Source of the DNA: Monocercomonoides exilis PA203
Taxonomy: Eukaryota > Protista > Preaxostyla
DNA length: 64,000 nt
Reading direction: 5' to 3'
Assembly: GCA_001643675.2 (NCBI GenBank)
Contig: LSRY02000007.1
Span: forward strand, 1,860,001-1,924,000
Below, piece by piece: positions 12,199-23,100 of the stretch. The position numbers and the translations under genes are program-made. A model generated the notes under the pieces. That model was not told the DNA's origin. It did no database searches and saw only the letters and a program-made list of their open reading frames with translations. Within the stretch, counting starts at the first letter, position 1; every line of letters begins with the position of its first letter.

Positions 12199-15189
12199 CT
12201 CTTCATTTTTCTCATTATCTATGCATTTATCTGTTAGACACAATGATCCCCTTTCATCTTTATCACTCACAAACTCATTTGCACTCCTCTTCTCATCCTT
12301 CTTCTCTCCCTTTCCTTCTTTCCCCTCCTTCTCACCACACACCCGAACACCCTGGCTAGCCACATACGCTGCATTGTTCAGAAGGATGCTCTGTGGCTCA
12401 AACACATCCCTCGTCGCTGATACGCTGCTGCTTGCAAACACACCTGCATTGCCCAATCTGCTCTTCCCAAGAATCGCACGAGGGATCGGCACAGTCACAA
12501 GCGGAGGCAGCGAGAAGGATGAAATAGAAGAAGAAGAAGAAGGAGAAGAAGGAGTGGAAGAAGACATGTTTGATAAAGAGGCAGAGCTTGGGCTAGTCAT
12601 GTCGAAGGTCTTCTGCGTGAGTGAAGAGGAGTCTGTGGCAGGAGATGAAGGAGTGAGTGGCTTTGGAGGAGTTCCAACAAGAACAGAAGGGGCAGACAAT
12701 TGCGTGTGTGGCAAGGGAGAAAAAGGAGGAGAAGCAAATGTTGAGGAGGCTGTGATGTTTTGAGTGTGCAGCTGGGCAGATGAGAGCGTGCTGCCGAACG
12801 AGTAAAATGTTTGCTACTGTTCATCATCTTCATCATCACCTCCTTCTTCTTCTCTTCCCCTTCCCCTTCCTTTCACTTGATGCTCACACCAGCCTTGTGT
12901 CGAAAGCTTCAATTTGCGATATGCAAAACTCGTCTATCTCCTTCGTCTTCGCCTTTGGCTCTTCCTGCTGTCTCCCTTTCCTCTGCTCGGAGCTCAATTT
13001 GCTTCTGAAATCCACCTTCTTTGCCTCTTCCATTTGAACTTGAACTTCTCTCTCTTCGCTTCTTGGTGGTGTCATAAAGCGAGCAGATGAATGCAATGTC
13101 CCTTGAAGCTCCTTCCCTCTTCCACTGCTATTTCTCATTCGATGCCCATTCGCCTCATTCACCCTGTTCAGCACAGCCGGAGCGTGGAATTTGTACGAAG
13201 TGCTGAAGCAGAGCGGAATGTACTGCTGCAAAAAAGGAAAACTGTTCAGATGTCGATTCAGCGAAGCTGCAGAATGCATTAATAACGAATATGATGATGT
13301 TGAGAAAATAGAAACAGAATGATTCAATTTTTTGTTCAATTTTGTGGCTCTGCCAAATGACTCTTACTAACGAATCAAAATGTTGATGATCTGATCCGGC
13401 TGCATGTGATAGTGATCAACAAAGAAGATGTTAAAGAAGTTGAGAGGATGAAAAGATGCGGAAGAAGAAGAAGGCGAGGTGATTGAGAGATGTGAAATCA
13501 GTCGAACGATATTTCCGAAGAAAAATATGAGTTCAGTGTGATGTTTTCTCAAAATGCATTTTCGTATAAAGCAAGTTGACTTCACAAGAAGGCAATTATT
13601 CAAATTACAAATATTTTAGCAATCAATTTCCAATTAATCTATAAAGAAGGATTTCTTCAAGTCAATTCACTAACTTTTTGCGATTTTTTCTCCTTTCCCC
13701 TCAAAATATAAAATGAAGATATTTCTCAATTTCTTTTCTTTTCTATTTTTCCTCTTCCTTTCAGCTCACAAAATCATCAGAAAATATCAATCCCTTCCTT
13801 TTCTTCACATTTCTCTATCTCTTCCAAAAAAATCTTCTCCTCTCATAAAAAATACCCCTCTTCCATTTGAACATTTCAGAATATTCTTCTTCCTTCCCGC
13901 TTTTGACCTCTTTTCCTTTTTTTCAAAATCCATTTCTCCAATCAACAATAAGCCCTCTTTCATCATCCTCAGCCACTTCTCTACATATTTTCTACATTAT
14001 CTTCTCCAAATCTCCATTTGCTCTTCTCCATCCCTCTGTCTCAAAATTTCTTCCATTCCAAACCCACTTTCGAAACATCAACATTCCAAAAAACCACTCA
14101 ACTCCCACACTCTCCCACAAAAATTAAACTTCCATCTCTTCTCTCCCCCATATCCCTCATGTGTCTGGTGTTTATGAGATAAACACAAAATACTGTTTGG
14201 ATATTTCAGAATAATTTTTTAAGGGGTAGATCATGACATAAATAGAAAAAGTCATCTGGACATCAATCGCACTGCGGGTTGGTTGAGAAGACACTCCCAA
14301 TGAGATACACGATGTATTTTGTGGAGATGCATTCCATGCTGTATTTGACCATTCTGGTGCCGAAATGAAGAGATTGATTTATTTTGAATGATGATGGCTG
14401 TGGAAATGAGTGTGCTTGGCAAAAAACAGACGAGGGGTAATTTGTTCTTTATTTCTTTTTCTTTATATGAACATTAACCTGCCGACTGTTTTTGTGTTGT
14501 TTTCAGGGCAGCAGGCGTAAATGAATGAAAGCTTATGAAAGCGGGATATCTCGTTGAATAAGGTGGAAATGGAGTTGGGAGAGCGAATTCACATGGAAAG
14601 TGTGAAAAATAAAGAAATTCTCATAAATATTAAAGATGTTAATTTTTAAAGAAATACAGGAAGCCTTGAATTGAGAAAGATGGAACTGAACGGAAAGCAA
14701 AATTTTTTCAAATTTCAGAATAGAAGAAAATCAATATATCCGAGAGAGAGATATGAATTTTGGAAAGGATGCTTGGCGAATCAGTTGCTAAAACTGTTGA
14801 AAATTTATTGTTTTTAACAAGTGTTTTAAGATCTTCAAAATCAGTTTTAAAATTTCATTGAAATAACATTATTTTTCATATATTTGCATAAAAAATTGAT
14901 TCGTTGAGACAGAAAATAATCATTATCATGTTTAAAAACCAGTAAAGTTATGTTTTGTTCTGTTTATTGAATTTTCGATATTTTTTTAATGCATTTTTTA
15001 ATTCTTTAACGAATTTGTAATAAAAACAATTTGAAATGAATAAAAATCAAAAAATAAGCAATAACAACTATATACAAAGCAATATTTTTGCATGATCATC
15101 ACTTTTATTTTTCTTTTTGAAGCAACCCTTAATGAAAAAATTTTTTGATCAAACGTCGAAATTTTTTATGATATCAAAAAAAATCACCC
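9021..15189. mobile_element. Non-autonomous TIR DNA element (6169 bp) carrying a decayed host-like gene (Pack-type)
   Basis: 9021-9048 (GGGTGATTTTTTTTGATATCATAAAAAA) is the exact reverse complement of 15162-15189. AACT flanks both ends (9017-9020, 15190-15193), and AACTATTTTCT occurs at both 9006-9016 and 15190-15200. No transposase ORF was recognised inside. Confidence 0.8.
9580..13600 (-). pseudogene. Disrupted armadillo-repeat, low-complexity protein gene inside the TIR element
   Basis: Collinear minus-strand coding fragments (12884-13339, 12121-12714, 11623-12087, ~11270-10650) are broken by in-frame stops (12884, 12814, 12121, 11165, 10920, 10788) and frameshifts. ARM-like segments: GIF*SIHRLLHSRCAEYIDKASSILFSL and EEL*RRLLSWGVVSNLVGLLASP...IITAGALLNL. 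Boundaries are approximate. Confidence 0.7.
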
Positions 15190-15306
15190 AACTATTTTCT
15201 CATTCTTAAGATATCAAAAGAGTATTCAATGCGTTTTACTCAAAATATGCTATTTTAATTATAATTTATTGAATTTTCTTTATAAACTATTTCAATATAA
15301 TGACAC

Positions 15307-15517
15307 ATGGCTGATCCTTTTTGAAATCATCCTTTTGTTCGAGTTTTGATCAAAATTTTTTTCTCAATGGGATTTTTGTGAAAATTATATTTTTACAATA
15401 ACAACATCATGAACGGAATGTAATTTCTGTTTAAGCTCATTTTTTCAAAATCCCATTGAGATAAAAAATTTTGATCAAAACTTGAACAAAAGTGTGATTT
15501 AAAAAAGGAACGGCTAT
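15307..15517. mobile_element. MITE-like foldback element, ~70-bp imperfect TIRs
   Basis: ATGGCTGATCCTTTTTGAAATCATCCTTTTGTTCGAGTTTTGATCAAAATTTTTTTCTCAATGGGATTTT (from 15307) pairs with the reverse complement of 15447-15517, with a few mismatches and one indel. Confidence 0.8.
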
Positions 15518-15610
15518 ATTTTTTTTTATTGTACAAAAAGATCACAATTTATTCCTTTTGATTCTTCTGTTTCTTCTCGCTGAAAATCAATTATTCGAAC
15601 TGTTCATAAA

Positions 15611-15863
15611 GGGTATTATTTTTGAGAAGTCGCAAATGTTAAATAAAAGGATTTAGTAAAAATGTTCCTTATTTGATCGTTTTTTAATTTTTTATCAATC
15701 AGATTCCTCCATCATGCACTTTTTCTCGTATCAAATAGGTTTGTGAATTCAAATTCTATAAGTTATACAGTTTGCATTATTTAAAGAAAAAATAGGTCAA
15801 AAAATGTTCAATTTTTTTCAACACAAATATTAACCATTTGCGACTTTTCAAAAAGAATAGCCC
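15611..15863. mobile_element. MITE-like element, ~30-bp TIRs with GGG...CCC termini
   Basis: The left end GGGTATTATTTTTGAGAAGTCGCAAATG matches the reverse complement of the right end, GGGCTATTCTTTTTGAAAAGTCGCAAATG. No clear TSD. Confidence 0.7.
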
Positions 15864-17145
15864 ATATCATGTTTGTGGATTTCCTTGTTCAAGAATTCAA
15901 AGGATGTCATTTGAAACAAGTGGGCATCATCTTTCAGATTCATCAGTGGTTAATAAATGTCTTCCAATGAAATCTAAAGAACACATATGAGCGCAAAAGT
16001 CAGATGATCAGTATCTTTGTGGAAATATTGGAATGAAAATGATGAGAGGAGATTTTTCCTTTCATAATTTTTCTTTTATAATGCGAGATGAAATATTATT
16101 TATAAAAGAAAATCAACTTGATTTTTCTAATTTAAAGCCAAACTTTGTTTCGAATCTTATTTTAAAACTCTTTCTTTTATCATCAGTTGTGAAACATTGA
16201 AATAAATAATACACCGGTTTCAAAACACTATCAAATGCCCAAAAAATAATAAGAATCAAAATAAATGCAGTTTTTTTTTAAATTTTGAATTAGAATAAGA
16301 AAAACAATGCTTCAAGGGTTTCAGGTTTTGTTCAAATCAATGACACCTATTCGAAGCAATCAATACAAATACATATCATTCCTGAAGTTTTCATTCAAGG
16401 TGATATTTGATTCCATTTTCTTTTTCAACAAGTGATAAAAACAATTCTATAATTCATGTGACAGCTAAATTTCAAGGAAGCAAATTTTATACTAACTGAA
16501 CATTTTTGCAATAACATTTCACTTAGTAATTGCTTTTGTTTCGTGAAATGACAACGATAACAACAAAACATTTATCCATGCAAATTAAAAAGATCCCAGA
16601 ACATAACATTTATTTCTTAATCTCAATATTTGTTTGCTCTCCAAAACAGTCCCAAAATAAAAGAGGTGCTCAATTATTCTCCACGAAAGTTGTTTCTGAG
16701 CAAAACCAAAAAATTGAATGGAAAAAAGATATGGAAATAAGTGCATTTTAAAGGAAACTCATCGCACGACACATTAAACACAAAAATACCAAAAAAGATC
16801 TGTGCTCAAGGACTCCACACAAATTCCTCTTCTTGCTGTTTACCACAGCTTTGTAACAGCTCATAAATCTCCTCACAAAAATAAAAACAAAAGATAAATA
16901 AAAAAACCTAATTCTTAAATACTAATGATGCGACGATGTTCAATTTGAAATAAAAGTCTGGCTTCCAAATTACCCTGTGACCTGTTGGACTAATCTGTGA
17001 GAAAATGATTGCCTCAAGGCAACTCACAGATTCACCAACAAATCACTATTCTCAATCCATTCATCCTCACCATCCTGCACCAAGTATCCTCCATCTCTTT
17101 GGTGTTCTAATCCTGATTTTGGTATCTCAACAACCACTGCCTCCT

Positions 17146-20100
17146 TTAAGTGCAGCTTTCCCCACTTTTGCTGAAACTTGCTCTCGAATTGTTTGCCTTG
17201 CTGTCATCCTCCTGCTCCTCATCAATTATCGCGTCTGACATCGTGAGTGTGACCTCATTCTTCGAGAAGAACTTGATCAGCTCCTTCTTCACATCGCAAA
17301 GCGTTATTCGGTCTCTTCCATGCTGCAGCAAAGCTGCTGCCACCAGCCCTGCCTGCCTGCTCCCCGATATCACACCCATGTTTGGCCGCTCTCCATTCGC
17401 AATCTTCTGCCCTGCTGCATCTCCCTCATACTCTTCAAATGGAATTTTCAGAGATAGACACTCCCACAGCATCATCCCAACTGAAAACACCACCGACTCC
17501 TTTGTCGCACTCATCTTCTTGTTCATCTGCAGCTCTGGCGCCTTCCACCTCAGACACTCTTTTCTGTAGTATCCATCTTCCTCAAACGCAGATGAGGGTG
17601 GTGGGGAATCCTTCCCATTTCTATTCGACGACGAGCAAGCAGACGAAGATGTGATGATGGTGGAAGACGATATGGAAGTGGAGGAGGAATCAGAATCATC
17701 AGAAAAGCAGTCTGAGTGGAGAGCGATGGCGATTTCCATATGTTCAGAGAACAGGATGATATGAGGGCTCAGATTCGCCAGAGAAGGAAGATAATATTTA
17801 TCATCCTCAAACGAGTGGAGCGCTCCATGCACCACCCAGAACAACAAATGCGCCCCTGTCACTTCCCGCTCCACCAGCGTCCCAATAGCCATCTCCTTCT
17901 TCTCGTTCTTTCCATGAAGCAGCATGAACAGCGAATCCCTCAGATCCACAATCAGTTTCACGTATGGAGACGAACAGCTCATTGCATCCACCAGATTCGA
18001 CATGGATGAGGTGGTCGGGCACAGATCCTCCCCTCGAACAAAAGTCGAATCTGTATCTGAAGTGTCTGATGTTGAAGTGGATGAAATTGAAGGTGATGGT
18101 GATCTCTTTTGAATCTCTTCCTCCCACTCCTTCTCATCCACTTCCTCCAATACCCATTGAGGGATCTTGTCTGAATCTCTTCCAAGAATATATTCAGTCG
18201 ATCCACTCTCAGACAGAAGATGCTCAGATGACTCTGAATGTCCCAAGCTTTTCTCATACACCCTCTTCTTTATCCTCTCTTCATTCTTTTTCTCTGCCTC
18301 CCTTTCAGCTCTTCTCCACTGATCTTCTGGTGACATCTCCATCGTCACCATCTCAAATGCTTTTGGATCCTTCCTCACTGTATCATTCACAATCTCTTCC
18401 AGTTCTTTTGTTCTGTTCTTTGCTTTCTTCCATCTGACGATAAATGCGACTGCAACAATTAAAACAAGAAACAAAATCACCATCAACATTACAGTGATCC
18501 ACGAAAAATGATTTTCAGTTTTTCCTTTTGCAAGATAATCATTATTGTTCGTCTGTTCTTCTGTTCTATTCTTCAGAACAAACAGAGTGGTACGATGCTG
18601 CTCTCCCTTCCCTCCAAACACAATCGCAACCGAAACTTCTGCATCATTTGGCGCTGATGCAATTGTTGATGATGATATTGATCCCCTCACTTCCTTCTCT
18701 GAGACAAAGTCAGCTTCCGAAAACTCATGTCGCTCAACAGCTTCAGCATCTCCAATCCATGTGCTCACTTTGAACGACAACTCGCATGGAATCAGAACAC
18801 TCCCCAAAAACCGAAGCTCCATAACACTTCCCTTCTCCTCGCTCTTTACTTCCTCTAAAACCGGAATAAACAGAGTTGAACTCCTCTCAGATGCTATTCC
18901 TTCAACTCTGCATCCTTCATTCAGAAACCAAAGAGAACTATTGTCCTTCATTCCATCTCCTCCCTTCAAACTCTCGATGTTCACCAACCCTTCACCTGAG
19001 CAGATGATGTTTCGCCTGACAGATGGAAACTTCACAATGTCTGGATTGTTGTTCAAAAACTCTCCCCTTTCAATCCTCATATCTCCTCCAGAAACGGACA
19101 TTCCTCCATCTTTCGCATTTTTGATAGTTGTGAAAGACATGACAACAGATGAATCCTCAAAATGGACAACTGATCCATTCCACTCACACATTTCTTTTCC
19201 CGATGCATTCAATTCAGACTCTCTTTCTCCCTCATCTCCACTGAATGTGCACGACTCCAACTCCACAGCATTGCTTCTTTCACTTCGCAGCATCTTCCCT
19301 TTCTGCTCTCTTGATACACATTTGGCAAACGATATGTTTTGCATGCGCAGACCCCCCAAACAATTCGCAAATAACACTTCTCCCATTCCAGCTGTCATTG
19401 TGATGTTTTCAATCGAACACACAGAAAACGCACATTCACATTTATTCCTTTCATCTTCACTTTCTTTTCTATAACTATCTCCTTCAAAAGCAAATAATGC
19501 CCCACCATTGCACACAACATCTTGGCACTCGCTCTTTTCGATTGCCACCATCTCACAATCCTTTGCTGTTATCAACCCCAAAGAGCATTCAAGCGAAACC
19601 ATCACCAATGAGGTGCAGCTCAGCTTCGATTTCTGTTCGCACACAATCATTGGAGACGATGATGAAACATGGCTCAATGTTACATTCTCCAATTCCAGAT
19701 AACCCCCTGATGAAACATAAAGCAAAGTTGCATTCATCGCAAATGCATTATTGCGCTCATATGCTGTTCCGCTGAATGTGCACTTCGTCATTTCTGTTTT
19801 CCCTTGACCACACTCAACAAAGCGGAAATGATTCTTCAGAGACTCCGGATCCACAACAAAAGATATCCCCCGAAAAACAACTGATTCGGTGCACAACACC
19901 ACACACGGACGAGTTCTCTCCAAATGTGTGTTCAGCCGAAGATATGCTGCTGTGGTTGTTCTCGATCTTATTGACGCGTCTGTCACATCCAGCTCTCCCT
20001 TGATGAGCCCTTCCCCAATCACAACAATCTGGCTTTCAAAATCGTGTGTGAGGTGGCTGACGGCAAATCCAAGCGATGCACACGGAAGCATCTGCGAGCC

Positions 20101-23100
20101 ACAGTTCCTGCTGTCTTCGCTGGCCACTTCTCTGTCTGAGGTTGTGAATATCGTGTCATTCTGATATATCACAATGAATTCAATCAGGTTCACCGGCTCT
20201 CCGCACAGCTCTGTTCGGTCGATCCCATATATCGCATTCAGCCTGTTGTACTTCGATTCCCGCAGATCAAACAGGAACTGTGTCTCGTTGATCTGCTCCT
20301 TGATGCTGTAGCACTCCACAAACAGATCTCTTCCGATGTGTGCAATGTTCGAGCCAAACACAATGCTCTTGAACATCATGTCCAGGTCTCCTGCAAACAC
20401 TGCCCCAACATACACCCCTCCTCCCCATCCGCTCTGAGCCGAGCAGCTGCTCAGTGTGATCGATGTGTCTCTCACATGCAGATATCCTCCTGAGCCCATG
20501 CAAAAATGGATTGCCCCTCCCTTCGGCGAATTGCTGCTCATGCACATCTTAAACACACTTGCATTAACATCCAATGCTGTTGCACTGCTGCTCTCCCCAA
20601 GATCAAAAACGCATCCATTTTCCCCGTTGTTCGTAATGTTCTTGAATTCGCTTTTCACAACAGTGATGGCCGATCTTCCATTCCCAATCTGCATCTTTCC
20701 CACTTGTTTGCCTCGTGTCCCAATGATGCTTCCATCTCTCATTTCGACCATCTCTGCTTTGAATCCCTCTATCACACATCCCACATCCACTGCCACTTCA
20801 AACAGACACTTTCCAATCGATGAGCTCACCACAGACAGTCTTTTCACAATCACACTTCCTCTCCTCACCACTGCATATGAAATCCCGCTGACTTGAGATG
20901 CTGACACTTTCATGCTGACTCCACAATCAATCATCTCCAGTTCCTCTCCCTCGCTCACAATCACTCCCCCTCTTTCATTCGCAAATCCCTCTCTCACCAC
21001 AAATGAAATCCACTCAAACCTCAGTTTCCTTGTGTTTCGCATGCACACATCCACACCCTCCTCTCCAGAGCACTCGATGATCAGGCTTGCTGTTGATTGC
21101 TCCTCGTTTTCAGCACCAGCTGATTTCACCTCGAAGTCTGACAGAATCCCATCCTCCTCATATCTGCACTCTCCAGACACCACAATCGTTTTCTCATTTG
21201 TCTCAGTCAACAAATGCTCAATTCCATATCTCCAGCTCTGACACGGATCATTGGCACTTCCACACCGCAACAAGTCATATCCTCCTGCTCCCACATGCAC
21301 TGTGCTGCTTCTGAATTCCACCAGAAACCGAAGCAGCGATGTTTCCCCGTGGATTGGATCTGCTCCCATCAGATCGTTATCATCACTTTCCATCTCGCTC
21401 AATGAGAAATTGAATGTCTCTGTTGTCACTGTGGTGTTCAGATCCCGGCATCCAACATACAGATGCTTTCCGATTGCTGCGAGGTTTGACAAAAAGAATG
21501 TGCCGTTCAATGAAATGCACTTGGGCTCTGTCGCTTCACTCCCATCAACAAACATTGCTCCTCCTTTCCCACTCTCTGCCTTGCATTCGCATCCTTCCAT
21601 CCTGCACCCATCCACTTTTGCACAGTCTCTGCTTCCCAGTCTGATGCACATCAGCCCTCCTTCCTTCCCTGTTCTCGATTTCGCTTTTGTGAGTGTGCAG
21701 TTTTCTGCTCTCAGCGAGCCTTGAACTGCAAAGGGTGCATGCGAATGCTCTGTCAGTGAGGTGAAAGAACAGTTTTCAATGATAAGCCTGCCTCCCATCA
21801 CTTTCACAATTCCATAATCTGTCAACATTCCACTGCTTTCGCTGATCGAGCAGTGGGTTATCATCAGTTCTGCACTTGTTGAAGATGACACAAAGATCGC
21901 CTGGATTGCAGATATCATTGAAGAGGGTATCTGGAAATTAATCGAGCGAAATTCAGCTGCTTTTGAATTCACAAACACACCATCCAACGCTCCGTTCTGC
22001 AATTCACCTGAAACATGAAGCTCGCATTCTTCTCCTTCAGACGGAGAGGCAATCACAAACGATGACACATCATATCCTCGGTCGACCTCAGCCACATTCT
22101 GGATGCGCAGCTCCCTCTTCTCTGCTCCCTCCAATGTGTTGCTGTACCCGCACCAAAACGAATGGCATGGATATGCTTCCTCACCACAGCCTACCATATC
22201 GTATCCTTCACTCGACACAACAACAATTGCAAGGTGTGCCTGAATCAGAAACAGCCTCAGATCCACTGGATCTTCAAATCTGGATGTGTCCACTCCCTTC
22301 ACATCAACAGTGCTCTCATCGCTCCCACTTGTCAACTCGATGCAGAATCTGTCTGAGAGGATGGATGAATTCAGCTCAACACATTCAACAAACATGTCTT
22401 TCCCCACAAGCGCATCATTTTCTTTGAGAACAATATCTCTGAACAGGTAGTTGTTGGCATATCCTTCACTCATTGCAACAAACAGGCATCCTCCATATCC
22501 TCTTCCAACATCACTCACCCAGCTGCTCATCTGCACGTTTTCTATCCTCAGCTCATTTTCCTCACTCATTTCGCACAACCCAAAACTCCCATTCTTCGTG
22601 CTCGCTCCGCACCCTTCAACCACACATTCATCACTCATTGTCAATACAGATCCCTTGTTCAGAGTGATGATGCGCCCATTAATCGCATTCACCGAGCTCA
22701 CATTCACTGCTTTGAACTTCCACTTCGCATAATCTCCACTCACAAACAAGCTCGCCTCTCCTGCCGAGATTTGTGAGATTGATGTGTTTCGACACGAAAA
22801 CTCTCCTCCCTCGCAAAACACAATTCCCCAGCTGCCCCCAAATCCCAATCCAGCAAACTTCACAGAACTCAGCTCAACTGATCCACCGCTCTCTTGCACA
22901 ATCCACCTTCCAACTTCCTCTCTTCCCTCTCCTTCTTCTCCAAACAAACAATTCACAACTGCACATCTTCCTTGGCTGATCATCAGAACCGAACTCAATG
23001 AATTCATTGCTGACAAAGCAGAAGCTGAAACAGCATATGTTGAGGCTTTTGCTGTTTCTGAAGTTAGCTTGAAATGCAGTCCTCGCAGAGAAAGCACAAC

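Noticed and set aside
9580-13600. Cargo gene using a TAR=Gln alternative genetic code
   Set aside because: It also contains TGA stops and several frameshifts. Conserved genes in the window end in TAG (HSP70) or TAA (TOP3). Pseudogenisation is the simpler explanation.
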